Shown here: positions 9,774 through 19,136 of the stretch, piece after piece | Numbering within the stretch: the stretch's first letter is position 1 | Layout of the letters: every line of letters starts with the position of its first letter | Assembly: GCA_965200315.1 (NCBI GenBank) | Contig: OZ241362.1 | Span: 2,144,001-2,208,000 of the forward strand | Reading direction: 5' to 3' | DNA from: Candidatus Latescibacterota bacterium | Lineage (GTDB): Bacteria > Latescibacterota > UBA2968 > UBA8231 | Length of the DNA stretch: 64,000 nt | Made by a program: the position numbers and the translations under genes | Notes under the pieces: model-generated | What the model was told of the DNA's origin: nothing | Database searches by the model: none | Seen by the model: the letters and a program-made list of their open reading frames with translations, nothing else

Positions 9774-11984
9774 CTAGCCACTGGTGGCCATGACCGCGGA
9801 TGTCTCGCGTTGGGTCTTTACTAGATTGTAGAAAATGCCCTCGCACGCCATCAGTTCCTCGTGCGTGCCAACTTCGGCTATTTTACCTGCGTCGAGGACT
9901 ACGAGTCGATCCGCGCTACGCAGGGTTGAAAGCCGGTGGGCAATGGCAAAAGTCGTGCGGCCTTGGACCAGCCGCTGAATGGCCTCTTGGATTTTCTTCT
10001 CAGTCGGCGTGTCCAGCGACGAAGTAGCCTCGTCCAAGATCAGGATCCGCGGGTCGTGGAGAATGGCCCGCGCAATCGCGATGCGCTGCTTCTCGCCGCC
10101 GGCGAGTTTGTCGCCCTGCTCCCCGACGACCATGTCATATCCGTCCGGCTTTTTGACGACAAACTCGTGGGCGTTGGCCGCACGGGCCGCACGCAAAATC
10201 TCGCCGAACGTGGCACCGGGCTTGCCATAGGCGATGTTTTCGGCAATCGTGCCGTTGAACAAAAATGACTGCTGGGCCACCAAACCAATCTGCGAACGCA
10301 GGTCGCGTAGGCGGATTTTGCGGATATCGACCCCGTCAATGGCGAGGCGGCCGTGCGAGACATCGTAAAAGCGCGTGATTAGGTTGATCAGCGTGCTCTT
10401 GCCCGCCCCAGACTTGCCGACTAGACCGATCATCTCGCCCGGCTGCACCACCAAGTCGAGGTCGCGCAGGACTATCTTGCCCGGGTCATAGCCAAAGGCC
10501 GCGCCTTCAAAGGAGACCGCGCCTTTAAGCGCGGGCGCACGCTGGGCACTGGGGTTGTCAAAAGGCTCGGAGGGCGCATCGACGATCTCAAAGATGCGCT
10601 CGGCACCGGCAAAGGCCCGCACCATGAAGCTATAGAAATCGCCAAACCACTTGAGCGGATGGTAGAGCATCCACAGATAGGCGATAAAGGCCATCAGCTC
10701 CCCCAGCGACAGGTCGCCGCCAACGATCTGCTGACCGCCGAAATACCACACGAAGAACCCACCAAAGCTCATGAAAAAGTTGGTCACCATGAAGAAGACC
10801 AACCAAGAGCGCTCGGCGCTGACGCTGATTTGGCGCAAGGCGTGGTTGCGCTGATCAAAGCGCTCGGACTCGCGGTGTTCTTGCGCGAACGCCTTGACCA
10901 CGCGGATGCCGGAGATCGATTCGTTGAGATGCGTCGTCAGCCGCGACCAGCGCGCCGACCAACGGCCCCAGAAGCGTTGCAGGCGATTCCAGATGAGGCT
11001 TGAGCCAATGACAATTGGCGGCACCGGAGCCAGCACGTAGAGGGTCAGCTCCCAGTTCATGTAGAACAGCAGCCCCAAGATGCCGACGATCATCGCGGCA
11101 TTGGAGACGATATAGGGCATGTCAAAGAGCAGAAAGTCTTCGACCATTTCCGAGTCGTTGTTCATGCGCGAGATCAAGGCGCCGACCTTGCGCTTGTCGT
11201 AAAAGCGCAGGGGCAGGTACTGGAGAGCCTTGAACAAATCCGTGCGCAAGTGCTCGATGGCGCGGAAGCCGACCCGGACGTTGAGCCAGCGGCGCACCAC
11301 GCCGATGCCCCACTCGACGACGCCAATCAGGAACAGGCCGCCAACTAGCCAGTAGAGCATGTCGGCGGCGGTCCCGGGGACGAGCACATCGTCAATGAGA
11401 TGCTTGATGATATAGGGAGGTGCCAACTCCAGCAGCGAGGATGCCACCGTAAGGCCCAGCAACAAGGCTAGCTGGAGCCGATAGGGCAGCATGTAGCCGA
11501 TGAGGCGCTTGAAGGTGTCGAATTTGGCGATGCAGACCGGGCATATCCCGCCTATTTCGGGCAGGCGACGCCCGCATTGCTCGCAGTGCGTCCGGTCCAG
11601 CTCGTGGGGCAGGTTGAGGTCTTGGCCTTCTTTGAGCTGTTCGATGCCCTCGGCCACCTCGGCGAATTTGGGTGCCAGCGAGTTGGAGTAGTACAGATGC
11701 GTCGGTGCGCCTTCTGCGCACTCCAGCTCCAAGCGCCCGCCGCCGACTAGCGCCTCAATGCGGGCGGACTTGACCGCTTGCAGCGAAAACTCCACGTCGC
11801 CGTGCGCACCGTTGGGCGCGAGGACCATCAAGCGCTTCGACGTTACGACCAACCAGCGCTGCTCAAAGCGGTCCTCGCCGGCCATATCCGTGGCGACCTG
11901 GATCAGGACTTGCTCCGCACGGCCCTTGCGCGATTCGACTTTGGCTTCGACCGTGCGCGGCAGATTTTCCAAAAAGGTGGACAT
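9774..11984 (-). CDS. ABC exporter (fused TMD+NBD) with N-terminal extension and CxxC..CxxC Zn ribbon
   Basis: CEQC...CPVC; GKSGAGKS; signature LAGGEKQR; LDEATS; IAHRLST. Confidence 0.9.
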   Translation of the reverse strand: MSTFLENLPRTVEAKVESRKGRAEQVLIQVATDMAGEDRFEQRWLVVTSKRLMVLAPNGAHGDVEFSLQAVKSARIEALVGGGRLELECAEGAPTHLYYSNSLAPKFAEVAEGIEQLKEGQDLNLPHELDRTHCEQCGRRLPEIGGICPVCIAKFDTFKRLIGYMLPYRLQLALLLGLTVASSLLELAPPYIIKHLIDDVLVPGTAADMLYWLVGGLFLIGVVEWGIGVVRRWLNVRVGFRAIEHLRTDLFKALQYLPLRFYDKRKVGALISRMNNDSEMVEDFLLFDMPYIVSNAAMIVGILGLLFYMNWELTLYVLAPVPPIVIGSSLIWNRLQRFWGRWSARWSRLTTHLNESISGIRVVKAFAQEHRESERFDQRNHALRQISVSAERSWLVFFMVTNFFMSFGGFFVWYFGGQQIVGGDLSLGELMAFIAYLWMLYHPLKWFGDFYSFMVRAFAGAERIFEIVDAPSEPFDNPSAQRAPALKGAVSFEGAAFGYDPGKIVLRDLDLVVQPGEMIGLVGKSGAGKSTLINLITRFYDVSHGRLAIDGVDIRKIRLRDLRSQIGLVAQQSFLFNGTIAENIAYGKPGATFGEILRAARAANAHEFVVKKPDGYDMVVGEQGDKLAGGEKQRIAIARAILHDPRILILDEATSSLDTPTEKKIQEAIQRLVQGRTTFAIAHRLSTLRSADRLVVLDAGKIAEVGTHEELMACEGIFYNLVKTQRETSAVMATSG

Positions 11985-11991
11985 GGATGGT

Positions 11992-14220
11992 CTAGTCCTT
12001 AATGGCGATGATCTCGGCCACCTCTTTTTGCAAATTGACCAACTCGCAAAAGGTCCCCTGCTTGTCCATAAGCTCTGCGTGCGTCCCCTGCTCGACGATG
12101 CGGCCGTCGTCGAGGACCATCAGACGGTCGGCGTTGCGCAACGTCGAAAGCCGGTGGGCAATGGCCACGGTGGTGCGGCCCTCAATGAGCCGCTGAATCG
12201 CCTCTTGGATCTGCAGCTCGGTCTCCACATCGACCGAGGCGGTGGCTTCGTCGAGGATCAGGATGCGTGGGTTGTGGAGAATGGCGCGGGCGATGGAGAC
12301 GCGCTGGCGCTCCCCGCCCGAAAGCCCGGCCCCCTTCTCCCCGACTTGGGTCTCATAGCCATCGGGCTTAGCCATGATGAAGTTGTGGGCGTTGGCCGCA
12401 CGGGCGGCCGCCATGATGTCCGCAAAGGAGGAACCGGGCCGGCCGTAGCCGATGTTTTCGGCAATGGTGCCGGAAAAGAGCACCGGCTCCTGCAGCACGA
12501 TGCCGATCTGCGAGCGCAAGTCGCGCAGAGCGATGCGGCGGATGTCGATCCCGTCGATCTCAATGGTCCCGTAATCGACGTCGTAGAAGCGGGCTATGAG
12601 ATTGATGGTCGTCGTCTTGCCGACCCCGGACTTACCCACCAAGCCGATCATCTCGCCCGGCTGGATGTCCAAGTCAAAACCCTTCAGCACGGGCTTGCTC
12701 TTGTCGTAGCCAAAGGTGACGCCCCGGAAGCAAATGCCCCCCTGCATTCGCGGCAGCCGCTCGGCGGTTGGGTCCTCGTAGGCCTCGGGCTGGGTGTCGA
12801 TAACCTCGAAGATACGCTCGGCTCCGGCAAAGGCCCGCGACATCCAAGCATTGACTTGGCCGAACCACTCCAAGGGGCCGTAAAACAGCCACATATACGA
12901 GTAAAAGGCCAACAGCGTACCCAAGGTCATTTTTCCGCCGAGGACTTGCAGCCCGCCGAGAAGCCAGATGACCAAGACTCCCAAACCCGTCAGGAACGTG
13001 ATGGTAGCGAAGAACACGCCGCGATTTATCGCGGTCTTTTCGGCAACTTCGCGCAGCCGGCCGTTGGGCTTGGCAAAAGCCGCTATTTCCCGGCCCTCTT
13101 GGGCAAACGCCTTGACCACGCGGATGCCGGAAAGCGTCTCCACCGTGCGCTCCGTCAGGCCAGACCAGACCTCGCCCCACTTGACGAAAAAGCCGCGCAG
13201 CCGCCGCCAAAAAACCACCCCCCACAGCATGATCAGCGGCACGGGCACCAACACGTATAAGCTCAACGACCAACTCATCCAGAACAAAAACCCGAGGATG
13301 CCGAAAACCATCAGGCCGTTGATGACGATATAGGGCAGGCCATCGACGAGGAAGTCCTGCAACATGCCGGCGTCGCGGGTGGCCCGCGAGATGAGAGAGC
13401 CGACCCTGCGCTTGTCGTAAAACTGCAAGGACAGCATCTCCAAGCGGCGGTAGAGGAGCGAGCGAATATCCGCGGTGAGCTGCGCGCCGAGCCAAGTCGC
13501 AATCCAGCCGTGGGTCCATTCGGCGACCCACGCCGAGAAGCGGACGCCGACCAAGGCCACGACGAACAGACCCAAGAGGTGGATGCGCTCGTCAGCCCCG
13601 GTGGCTTGGCCCTCTACCGGGACCAACACCTCATCGACGATGCGCTTGATAATCAGCGGCGGGGCCAACTCCGCAGCCGTGGTGGCAATGGAAGCGAAGG
13701 CCAAGACGCCTGCCTTGAGTTTGTACGGGCCGAGATAGCTGGCAATGCGCTTGAGGGTCGCCAGTTTTTTGATACACGCCGGACAGATGCCGTCTTTCTC
13801 CGGCAAGAGCCGCTCGCAGCGCTCGCAGCGGGTCCGCTCCAAGTGCCCATTGACGACAAAGGGCTGGCCTTGACGCAGCTGCTCCAAACCTCGCACCACC
13901 TCGGACATCTTGTCAGCTTCAGAGCTGGTGTAGCCCAGCACCAAGGTTGGCGCATCCACGCGCTCGATTTCCAACTGGCCGCCGCCGACAATCGCGTCGG
14001 TGCGCACCTCGGCCAGCGCGGCGAGGGGAATATCGACGACAGCACCCTGAGTGGGCACGACGAGGACCCGGCGCGGGGTGGCCACCAGCCACTGGCGGCC
14101 AAAGCGCCCGTCGGCGGCCAAATCCGTAGAGACGCGGATTAGCACCTCCTCCTCAGCGGGCAGGGCGGCGGCGATCCGCACGGCCGCGGTCGCGTCGGCT
14201 GGCTCTAGCAGTTTTTGCAC
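11992..14220 (-). CDS. ABC exporter (fused TMD+NBD), paralogue with the same N-terminal extension and Zn ribbon
   Basis: CERC...CPAC; GKSGVGKT; LSGGERQR; LDEATAS; IAHRLST. Confidence 0.9.
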   Translation of the reverse strand: MQKLLEPADATAAVRIAAALPAEEEVLIRVSTDLAADGRFGRQWLVATPRRVLVVPTQGAVVDIPLAALAEVRTDAIVGGGQLEIERVDAPTLVLGYTSSEADKMSEVVRGLEQLRQGQPFVVNGHLERTRCERCERLLPEKDGICPACIKKLATLKRIASYLGPYKLKAGVLAFASIATTAAELAPPLIIKRIVDEVLVPVEGQATGADERIHLLGLFVVALVGVRFSAWVAEWTHGWIATWLGAQLTADIRSLLYRRLEMLSLQFYDKRRVGSLISRATRDAGMLQDFLVDGLPYIVINGLMVFGILGFLFWMSWSLSLYVLVPVPLIMLWGVVFWRRLRGFFVKWGEVWSGLTERTVETLSGIRVVKAFAQEGREIAAFAKPNGRLREVAEKTAINRGVFFATITFLTGLGVLVIWLLGGLQVLGGKMTLGTLLAFYSYMWLFYGPLEWFGQVNAWMSRAFAGAERIFEVIDTQPEAYEDPTAERLPRMQGGICFRGVTFGYDKSKPVLKGFDLDIQPGEMIGLVGKSGVGKTTTINLIARFYDVDYGTIEIDGIDIRRIALRDLRSQIGIVLQEPVLFSGTIAENIGYGRPGSSFADIMAAARAANAHNFIMAKPDGYETQVGEKGAGLSGGERQRVSIARAILHNPRILILDEATASVDVETELQIQEAIQRLIEGRTTVAIAHRLSTLRNADRLMVLDDGRIVEQGTHAELMDKQGTFCELVNLQKEVAEIIAIKD

Positions 14221-14388
14221 GCTCAGGCCTCAAAAAAAACTGCGGGGGTAGCCCCGCAAAACAGGTTGACTCAACCCTGAAAAAGCTACTCTTGGCGTTT
14301 GGACAATGGCAAGGGAAAATTGGAAAAGGGTGCTCGGTCGTGGACAATCGCTTTGCCAATTCGCCCTTATCCTTACATTATAGGGTCT

Positions 14389-15186
14389 ATGACCGCTATG
14401 ACCGCAGACCAAAAGACACGGGTGTTCTCGTCCTGTGAAGAGCGCAACCAGCAGCTAGCCCACTGCCTCCGCGACCTAGTCCTAGAGCAGATGCCCGCCG
14501 CGGATCTCTTGCGCTGGGCCAGCGAGACCTTCCCCGGCCGGGCCGTGCTCAACACCAGCTTCCAGTACACAGGCGTCGCGATGATCCACATGGCGACGTC
14601 CATGGGGCTGAATTTGCGCTTTGCCACCATCGACACCCTCCGGCTCCACCCCGAGACGTACGCCTTTATGGAGGAAGTCAAAGTGCGCTACGGCTGCCAC
14701 TTCGAGGTCGTTCAGCCCAAAAGCGGCGATGTTGAGCGGATGGTCGCACACCACGGCGAGTACTTGTTTTTCGACTCCAAGGAAAAACAGGAGCACTGCT
14801 GCCAAGTGCGGAAGGAATGGCCCAACAACGCGCTGTTACAGACCGCGGACTGCTGGATTTCGGGGCAGCGCTGGGACCAGTCCGCGCATCGTCAGCAGAC
14901 CGCGAAGAAGGCGGCCCTGATCGACGAGTACAGCACCCGGCGCAAAATACTCAAGCTCAATCCATTGGTCGATTGGAGCGAAGAAGCACTGATGGAGTTT
15001 ACGCGGGCAAACGACTTGCCGGTGCATCCGCTCTACGGCCAAGGCTACCCGAGCTTTGGCTGCATCATCTGCTCCACTCCGATCCGGCCCGACGAACCCA
15101 AGCGCAACGGTCGCTGGCGTTGGTTCAACGAACAAGCCGACGGCCCAGACGACCACAAAGAGTGCGGGCTACACTACAACATCTGA
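14389..15186 (+). CDS. cysH: Adenylyl-sulfate (APS) reductase, thioredoxin-dependent, CysH family
   Basis: IDTLRLHPETY, CC (EHCCQVRK) plus CxxC (GCIIC) 4Fe-4S ligands, KLNPLVDW, GRWRW, C-terminal KECGLH. Confidence 0.9.
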   Translation: MTAMTADQKTRVFSSCEERNQQLAHCLRDLVLEQMPAADLLRWASETFPGRAVLNTSFQYTGVAMIHMATSMGLNLRFATIDTLRLHPETYAFMEEVKVRYGCHFEVVQPKSGDVERMVAHHGEYLFFDSKEKQEHCCQVRKEWPNNALLQTADCWISGQRWDQSAHRQQTAKKAALIDEYSTRRKILKLNPLVDWSEEALMEFTRANDLPVHPLYGQGYPSFGCIICSTPIRPDEPKRNGRWRWFNEQADGPDDHKECGLHYNI

Positions 15187-15199
15187 AGGAACCTGAGCA

Positions 15200-15550
15200 A
15201 TGGTCCAAGCCTTGGAATGGCGCTACCACCGCCCCGGCTGAACGAGCTGCAAGCGCGCACAAGAGTTTCTTGTGCAAAACAGCATTGCCGACGGCATCGT
15301 GCAGAGTGCGACCAAAGAACCGGTCGCAGGTACGGCCGCCCTCACTCTGCTCGAGGACGCGACCGAGCTGTTCGTCGCCCAAGGGCAGCAAATCCTCCGC
15401 TTCGACTTGGTGGCGCAACGGCCGGCGGACGAGGAATTGCTCCCGCTTCTGTTGGGGCGTTCTGGCAAGCTGCGGGCACCCGCGTTCCGCTGCGGTACGC
15501 GCCTGATCGTCGGCTATAATCAGGCGCTGCTGCCGACGGCGTTGAGCTGA
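15200..15550 (+). CDS. ArsC/Spx-like thioredoxin-fold selenoprotein (UxxC), in-frame TGA at 15239-15241
   Basis: ATG 15200 after AAGGA gives MVQALEWRYHRPG-TGA-TSCKRAQEFL, continuing in frame into the 15272..15550 ORF (GKLRAP..LIVGYN). Hairpin GCACAAGA-GTT-TCTTGTGC at 15257-15275. Confidence 0.82.
15257..15275 (+). promoter_or_regulatory. SECIS-like hairpin
   Basis: Perfect 8-bp stem with a G-first apical loop 23 nt after the UGA. Confidence 0.65.
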
Positions 15551-15729
15551 GCACATATGGTAGAGATCGGCTTCACTCGTCCCGCAGTTAAAGTTGCAAA
15601 TCTCAATAAGGCGAAAGACCTAGAGCAAAATGACTTGCGAGTTATATTTCCTTACAAAAAATAAAAGGGAAATATCGTCTAATACATCGAATGGAAACCG
15701 CGATTTATCTTTCCCGAGTACCAATGCCC

Positions 15730-17199
15730 TCACTGATTCGAGGAATGCGGATAGACCCGCTCCCACCCCGCCGCACCGAACACCTTATCGGCCCACAGAG
15801 GGCCACTTGCAGAGGCGTCCACCAAATTGTAGTCGTGCGAGGATTGCACGGAGCGCATGACCTCGCGCCAAAGTGCAGCGTCTAAGTGCCGGTATTCGGC
15901 CGCGTGCGACGCGGATTCGGCGAGATTGTGCTGTTCTTGAGGATCTTCCTGCAAATCGAAAAGCCCGGTCGCGCCGTTGCCGTACTTCACTAGCTTGTGC
16001 CGCCCGTCGTAGGCCATCCAGCCAGATTGCAAGCCGCCGATGAGCATGTCGCGCGGTGTATCGCCGGCCAAGCCCAAGCCGGGCAAGGGCCTAGCGTCCA
16101 TGTACTCCGGTACACCGTGCCCAGATGCGGCTAACAGGGTAGCGGTGACGTCCGTGAGACAAACGAGATCGTCGCGCACCGCGCCGACGGCACCGCCCGG
16201 CTGGCGCACTAGCATGGGCACGTGGCAGCTACCCTCGTAGAAGTTGCCCTTGGCGTTTACGCCGTGATCTCCGACCAAGTCGCCGTGGTCGGAGGCGAAG
16301 ATGACGATGGTGTTGTCGAGACGGCCGCTTTCCTCCAAGGCCGCGAGGATTTGGCCGACCTCGTGGTCTATCTGCAAGATGAGCGCGGAGTAGTGGGCGC
16401 GCACCTTGCGCTTCTGCTCCTCGGTGTAGGGACCTTCGGCCTCTGGAGTCCATATCGGCACGCCCGGCCGAGGCCGAGGATGGATGCCCTCGCGGACATC
16501 CCGGTGAATGGGATCGCCGGGGGCAGGATCGGGAATGTTATCGACATCTACTTTAGCCAGAAATTCAGGCGTGGGATCGTAGGGGTCGTGGGGGCCGGGG
16601 AAGCCGACCATGCAGGCGAAGGGCCGCTCGTCGTCGTACTCGCGGATGAAGCGCGCAGCCTCCTCGCCGACGAAGTAATCCCAGTAGCAATCCCAAGGCA
16701 AAAGCGACACGCAGGCACCGCGATTTTCGTCGTATCCTTCGTGCTCCTTGCCCATGTACTTGCGGTGGCCGCGCTGTTGCAGATAGTGCCAGTAATCATC
16801 TTGGATGTTGACCCACACCTTGTCTTCGCAGGCGATGCGATGTTGGAAGCCAAAAGAGGCTTCCCACGGGTAGAAGTGCATCTTGCCGATGGCCGAGGTG
16901 AGGTAGCCGTGGTCGGTCAACATCTCCGCCCAAGTGCGGATGCCACACGCAGCGTGGTCCGGTCGCAGGTGGTTGCCGTTGGTCAGCACGTGATTGCGCC
17001 AAGCATTGAGGCCAGTCAGCAGCGAACAACGCGCCGGTACGCAGACCGGATGCAGGCTGTAGGCGCGGTCGTAGCGGATTCCCTCGGCGGCAATGCGGTC
17101 GATGTGGGGCGTGGAAATGTGGGGAGCACCGTAACAACTGAGAAAGTCGTGGCGCATCTGGTCGGGCATGATGAACAACAAATTGGGTCGGTCGCTCAT
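15730..17199 (-). CDS. Sulfatase (formylglycine-dependent, choline-sulfatase-like)
   Basis: RPNLLFIMPDQ, CVPAR (CxPxR), GKMH, PHDP, SDHG, KGNFYEGS. Confidence 0.92.
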   Translation of the reverse strand: MSDRPNLLFIMPDQMRHDFLSCYGAPHISTPHIDRIAAEGIRYDRAYSLHPVCVPARCSLLTGLNAWRNHVLTNGNHLRPDHAACGIRTWAEMLTDHGYLTSAIGKMHFYPWEASFGFQHRIACEDKVWVNIQDDYWHYLQQRGHRKYMGKEHEGYDENRGACVSLLPWDCYWDYFVGEEAARFIREYDDERPFACMVGFPGPHDPYDPTPEFLAKVDVDNIPDPAPGDPIHRDVREGIHPRPRPGVPIWTPEAEGPYTEEQKRKVRAHYSALILQIDHEVGQILAALEESGRLDNTIVIFASDHGDLVGDHGVNAKGNFYEGSCHVPMLVRQPGGAVGAVRDDLVCLTDVTATLLAASGHGVPEYMDARPLPGLGLAGDTPRDMLIGGLQSGWMAYDGRHKLVKYGNGATGLFDLQEDPQEQHNLAESASHAAEYRHLDAALWREVMRSVQSSHDYNLVDASASGPLWADKVFGAAGWERVYPHSSNQ

Positions 17200-17315
17200 G
17201 GTTCTATTCCATTCGTTAGGGTGTTTTCGCACTCGTCCGCGCTTTGGCCCAATCGTCGGCGCATCCTTGGTCAGCTACTAATTGCTAGGGGACGGCCTTC
17301 GTTGGTGCGCTCATA

Positions 17316-18710
17316 CTAATTCTCTTGGCTACGAGCGGCAAGGACCAGCTCCTTGAACTGATCTCCGCGTGCAGCGTAACTGGGAAACTGATCGAAGCTA
17401 GCGCAGGCCGGCGAAAGCAGCACCACGTCGCCAGTCTGCGCTAGGCGACGAGCAGCGTCTAGGGCTTCAGGTAGGCCGGGGCAGCGGTGGATAATCCCAC
17501 CAGCACCCGCCTGCCGTACAGCAGCGGCAATGCGCCGGGCCTCTTGACCGATGAGCAGCACGGCGCGGACATTGGCCGCGGCAATAGCAGTGCCCAAGGC
17601 ACTGAAATCGGCCCCTTTTGAAGCGCCGCCAGCGATCAGCAGCAGGGGCGCGTCAAAGGCCCGGATGGCAGCACAGCTAGCATCGACGGTCGTGGCCAGT
17701 GAGTCGTTGTAATAAGTAACGCCGTCGCACTCGGCAACGTATTCGAGGCGGTGGGGAAGGCCCGCAAAGGAGCGAATGGCCGCGGCAAAATGGGTCGGCG
17801 GCGCACCAAAGGCCAAAGCACCAGCTACGGCAGCGGCGACATTGCTCCAATTGTGTTGTCCCCGCAGAGGAATGTCGTCCACCGGACAAATAGCGGTCGG
17901 TTGCGCCCCTGGGCAGCAGGCCCACAACTGGCCAGCGGCAATCCACGCACCCGGAGCACTCGGGGTGGTTGTGCTAAAGGCCCACAGGGTAGCTAAACTC
18001 TCATCGGCAAAGGTTCGAGCCGTGGGACAGTCCCGATTGACGACGAGGATATCGCCGGGCGTTTGGTAGCGACAGATGGGTTTTTTAGCAGCGACGTACT
18101 CGGCGCGGTCAGCGTGATAGTCGAGGTGGTCCTCGGTGACGGAAAGAACCACGGCGATGTGCGGGCTTTGGTCGAGGTCTTGCAATTGGAAGCTGGACAG
18201 CTCTAGAACGACTCGGTCGGTCGGCTGCAACTCGTCAAGGAATTCGAGCGGCGGCCGGCCGATGTTGCCGCCGCTAAACACCCGTACCGACGGATCGGTT
18301 GCCAGCAAGGCATGCAGCAGCGCGGTCGTAGTGCCCTTGCCCTTGGTGCCGGTAATGCCGAGCACGGGCGCGGGGCATAGCTGTAAAAAGAGGCGCGTCT
18401 GGCTCGATACTTCGACGCCGCAACGGCGCGCCGCGCACAGGCGCGGGTCCAGCATCGGCAAGCCCGGCGTGCGGAACAGCAAGTCGAAGTCGGTCAGGTC
18501 ATCGAGGTAGCGGTCGCCGATGCGCCACCGTCGTACGCCCTCCACCGGCGTGGCCGGGGCACGGACATCGCACACGGCAAAGGGAATCTGGCGCACGTGG
18601 AGAAAGCGAGCCAGCGCGCGGTTTTCTATGCCGAGGCCAAGGAGGGCAATGCGCCGCTGGTGCAGAGCCGCGCTTGACTCTTTGGGGCCGGAGGATTTTT
18701 TTAGCGCCAT
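17316..18710 (-). CDS. murD: UDP-N-acetylmuramoyl-L-alanine--D-glutamate ligase
   Basis: GITGTKGKGTT, GGNIG, LELSSFQL, DHLDYH, HRLE, NDSLAT, LLSPACASFDQF. Confidence 0.95.
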   Translation of the reverse strand: MALKKSSGPKESSAALHQRRIALLGLGIENRALARFLHVRQIPFAVCDVRAPATPVEGVRRWRIGDRYLDDLTDFDLLFRTPGLPMLDPRLCAARRCGVEVSSQTRLFLQLCPAPVLGITGTKGKGTTTALLHALLATDPSVRVFSGGNIGRPPLEFLDELQPTDRVVLELSSFQLQDLDQSPHIAVVLSVTEDHLDYHADRAEYVAAKKPICRYQTPGDILVVNRDCPTARTFADESLATLWAFSTTTPSAPGAWIAAGQLWACCPGAQPTAICPVDDIPLRGQHNWSNVAAAVAGALAFGAPPTHFAAAIRSFAGLPHRLEYVAECDGVTYYNDSLATTVDASCAAIRAFDAPLLLIAGGASKGADFSALGTAIAAANVRAVLLIGQEARRIAAAVRQAGAGGIIHRCPGLPEALDAARRLAQTGDVVLLSPACASFDQFPSYAARGDQFKELVLAARSQEN

Positions 18711-18758
18711 TGAATCGCAATACGCGCTTTAACTTAAATTAGATAGCGAGAAGGTGCT

Positions 18759-19136
18759 GTGGCTGTAACAATTATGCGTACGGTGCGGCCTAGTCCGCAA
18801 TGGCAAGACAGCTTGATCCGGCTAGAGAGCGGCCAGCGGGTCGTTATCGACGCCGAGGAAACTTGGTCGCCGGACATGCGCAACCAAATCGCCTGGTGCG
18901 GCGCCGATGGCTTGTACAACTTGCCGGCAGAATCGGGCTACCTACTGCCTGGAGCCAATGTCGGTACCCTCGTGGCGCGCATTGGCGACAGCGGGCCAAT
19001 CTTTGCCGTGGGCAGCCGCTGCGACTTTATCGCCGATCGCGCAGGCATCCTGTATTTGGCCATGAACGAAAACCCGGATTTCAACAACCAAGCCGGCAAA
19101 ATCGTCGCTCAAATCATCGTCTTCAGCCAACCATGA
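18759..19136 (+). CDS. Small beta-sandwich protein, LecA/PA-IL lectin-like
   Basis: WQDSLIRLESGQ, GTLVARIG..GPIFAVG, GILYLAMNE..FNNQAG resemble PA-IL-type domains; no signal peptide. Confidence 0.5.
   Translation: MAVTIMRTVRPSPQWQDSLIRLESGQRVVIDAEETWSPDMRNQIAWCGADGLYNLPAESGYLLPGANVGTLVARIGDSGPIFAVGSRCDFIADRAGILYLAMNENPDFNNQAGKIVAQIIVFSQP

Noticed and set aside
11758-13260. Long antisense ORFs (also 1015..1974, 16222..17319, 35995..37530, 50760..51917)
   Set aside because: Shadow ORFs opposite well-supported genes, expected in high-GC DNA; no motifs.
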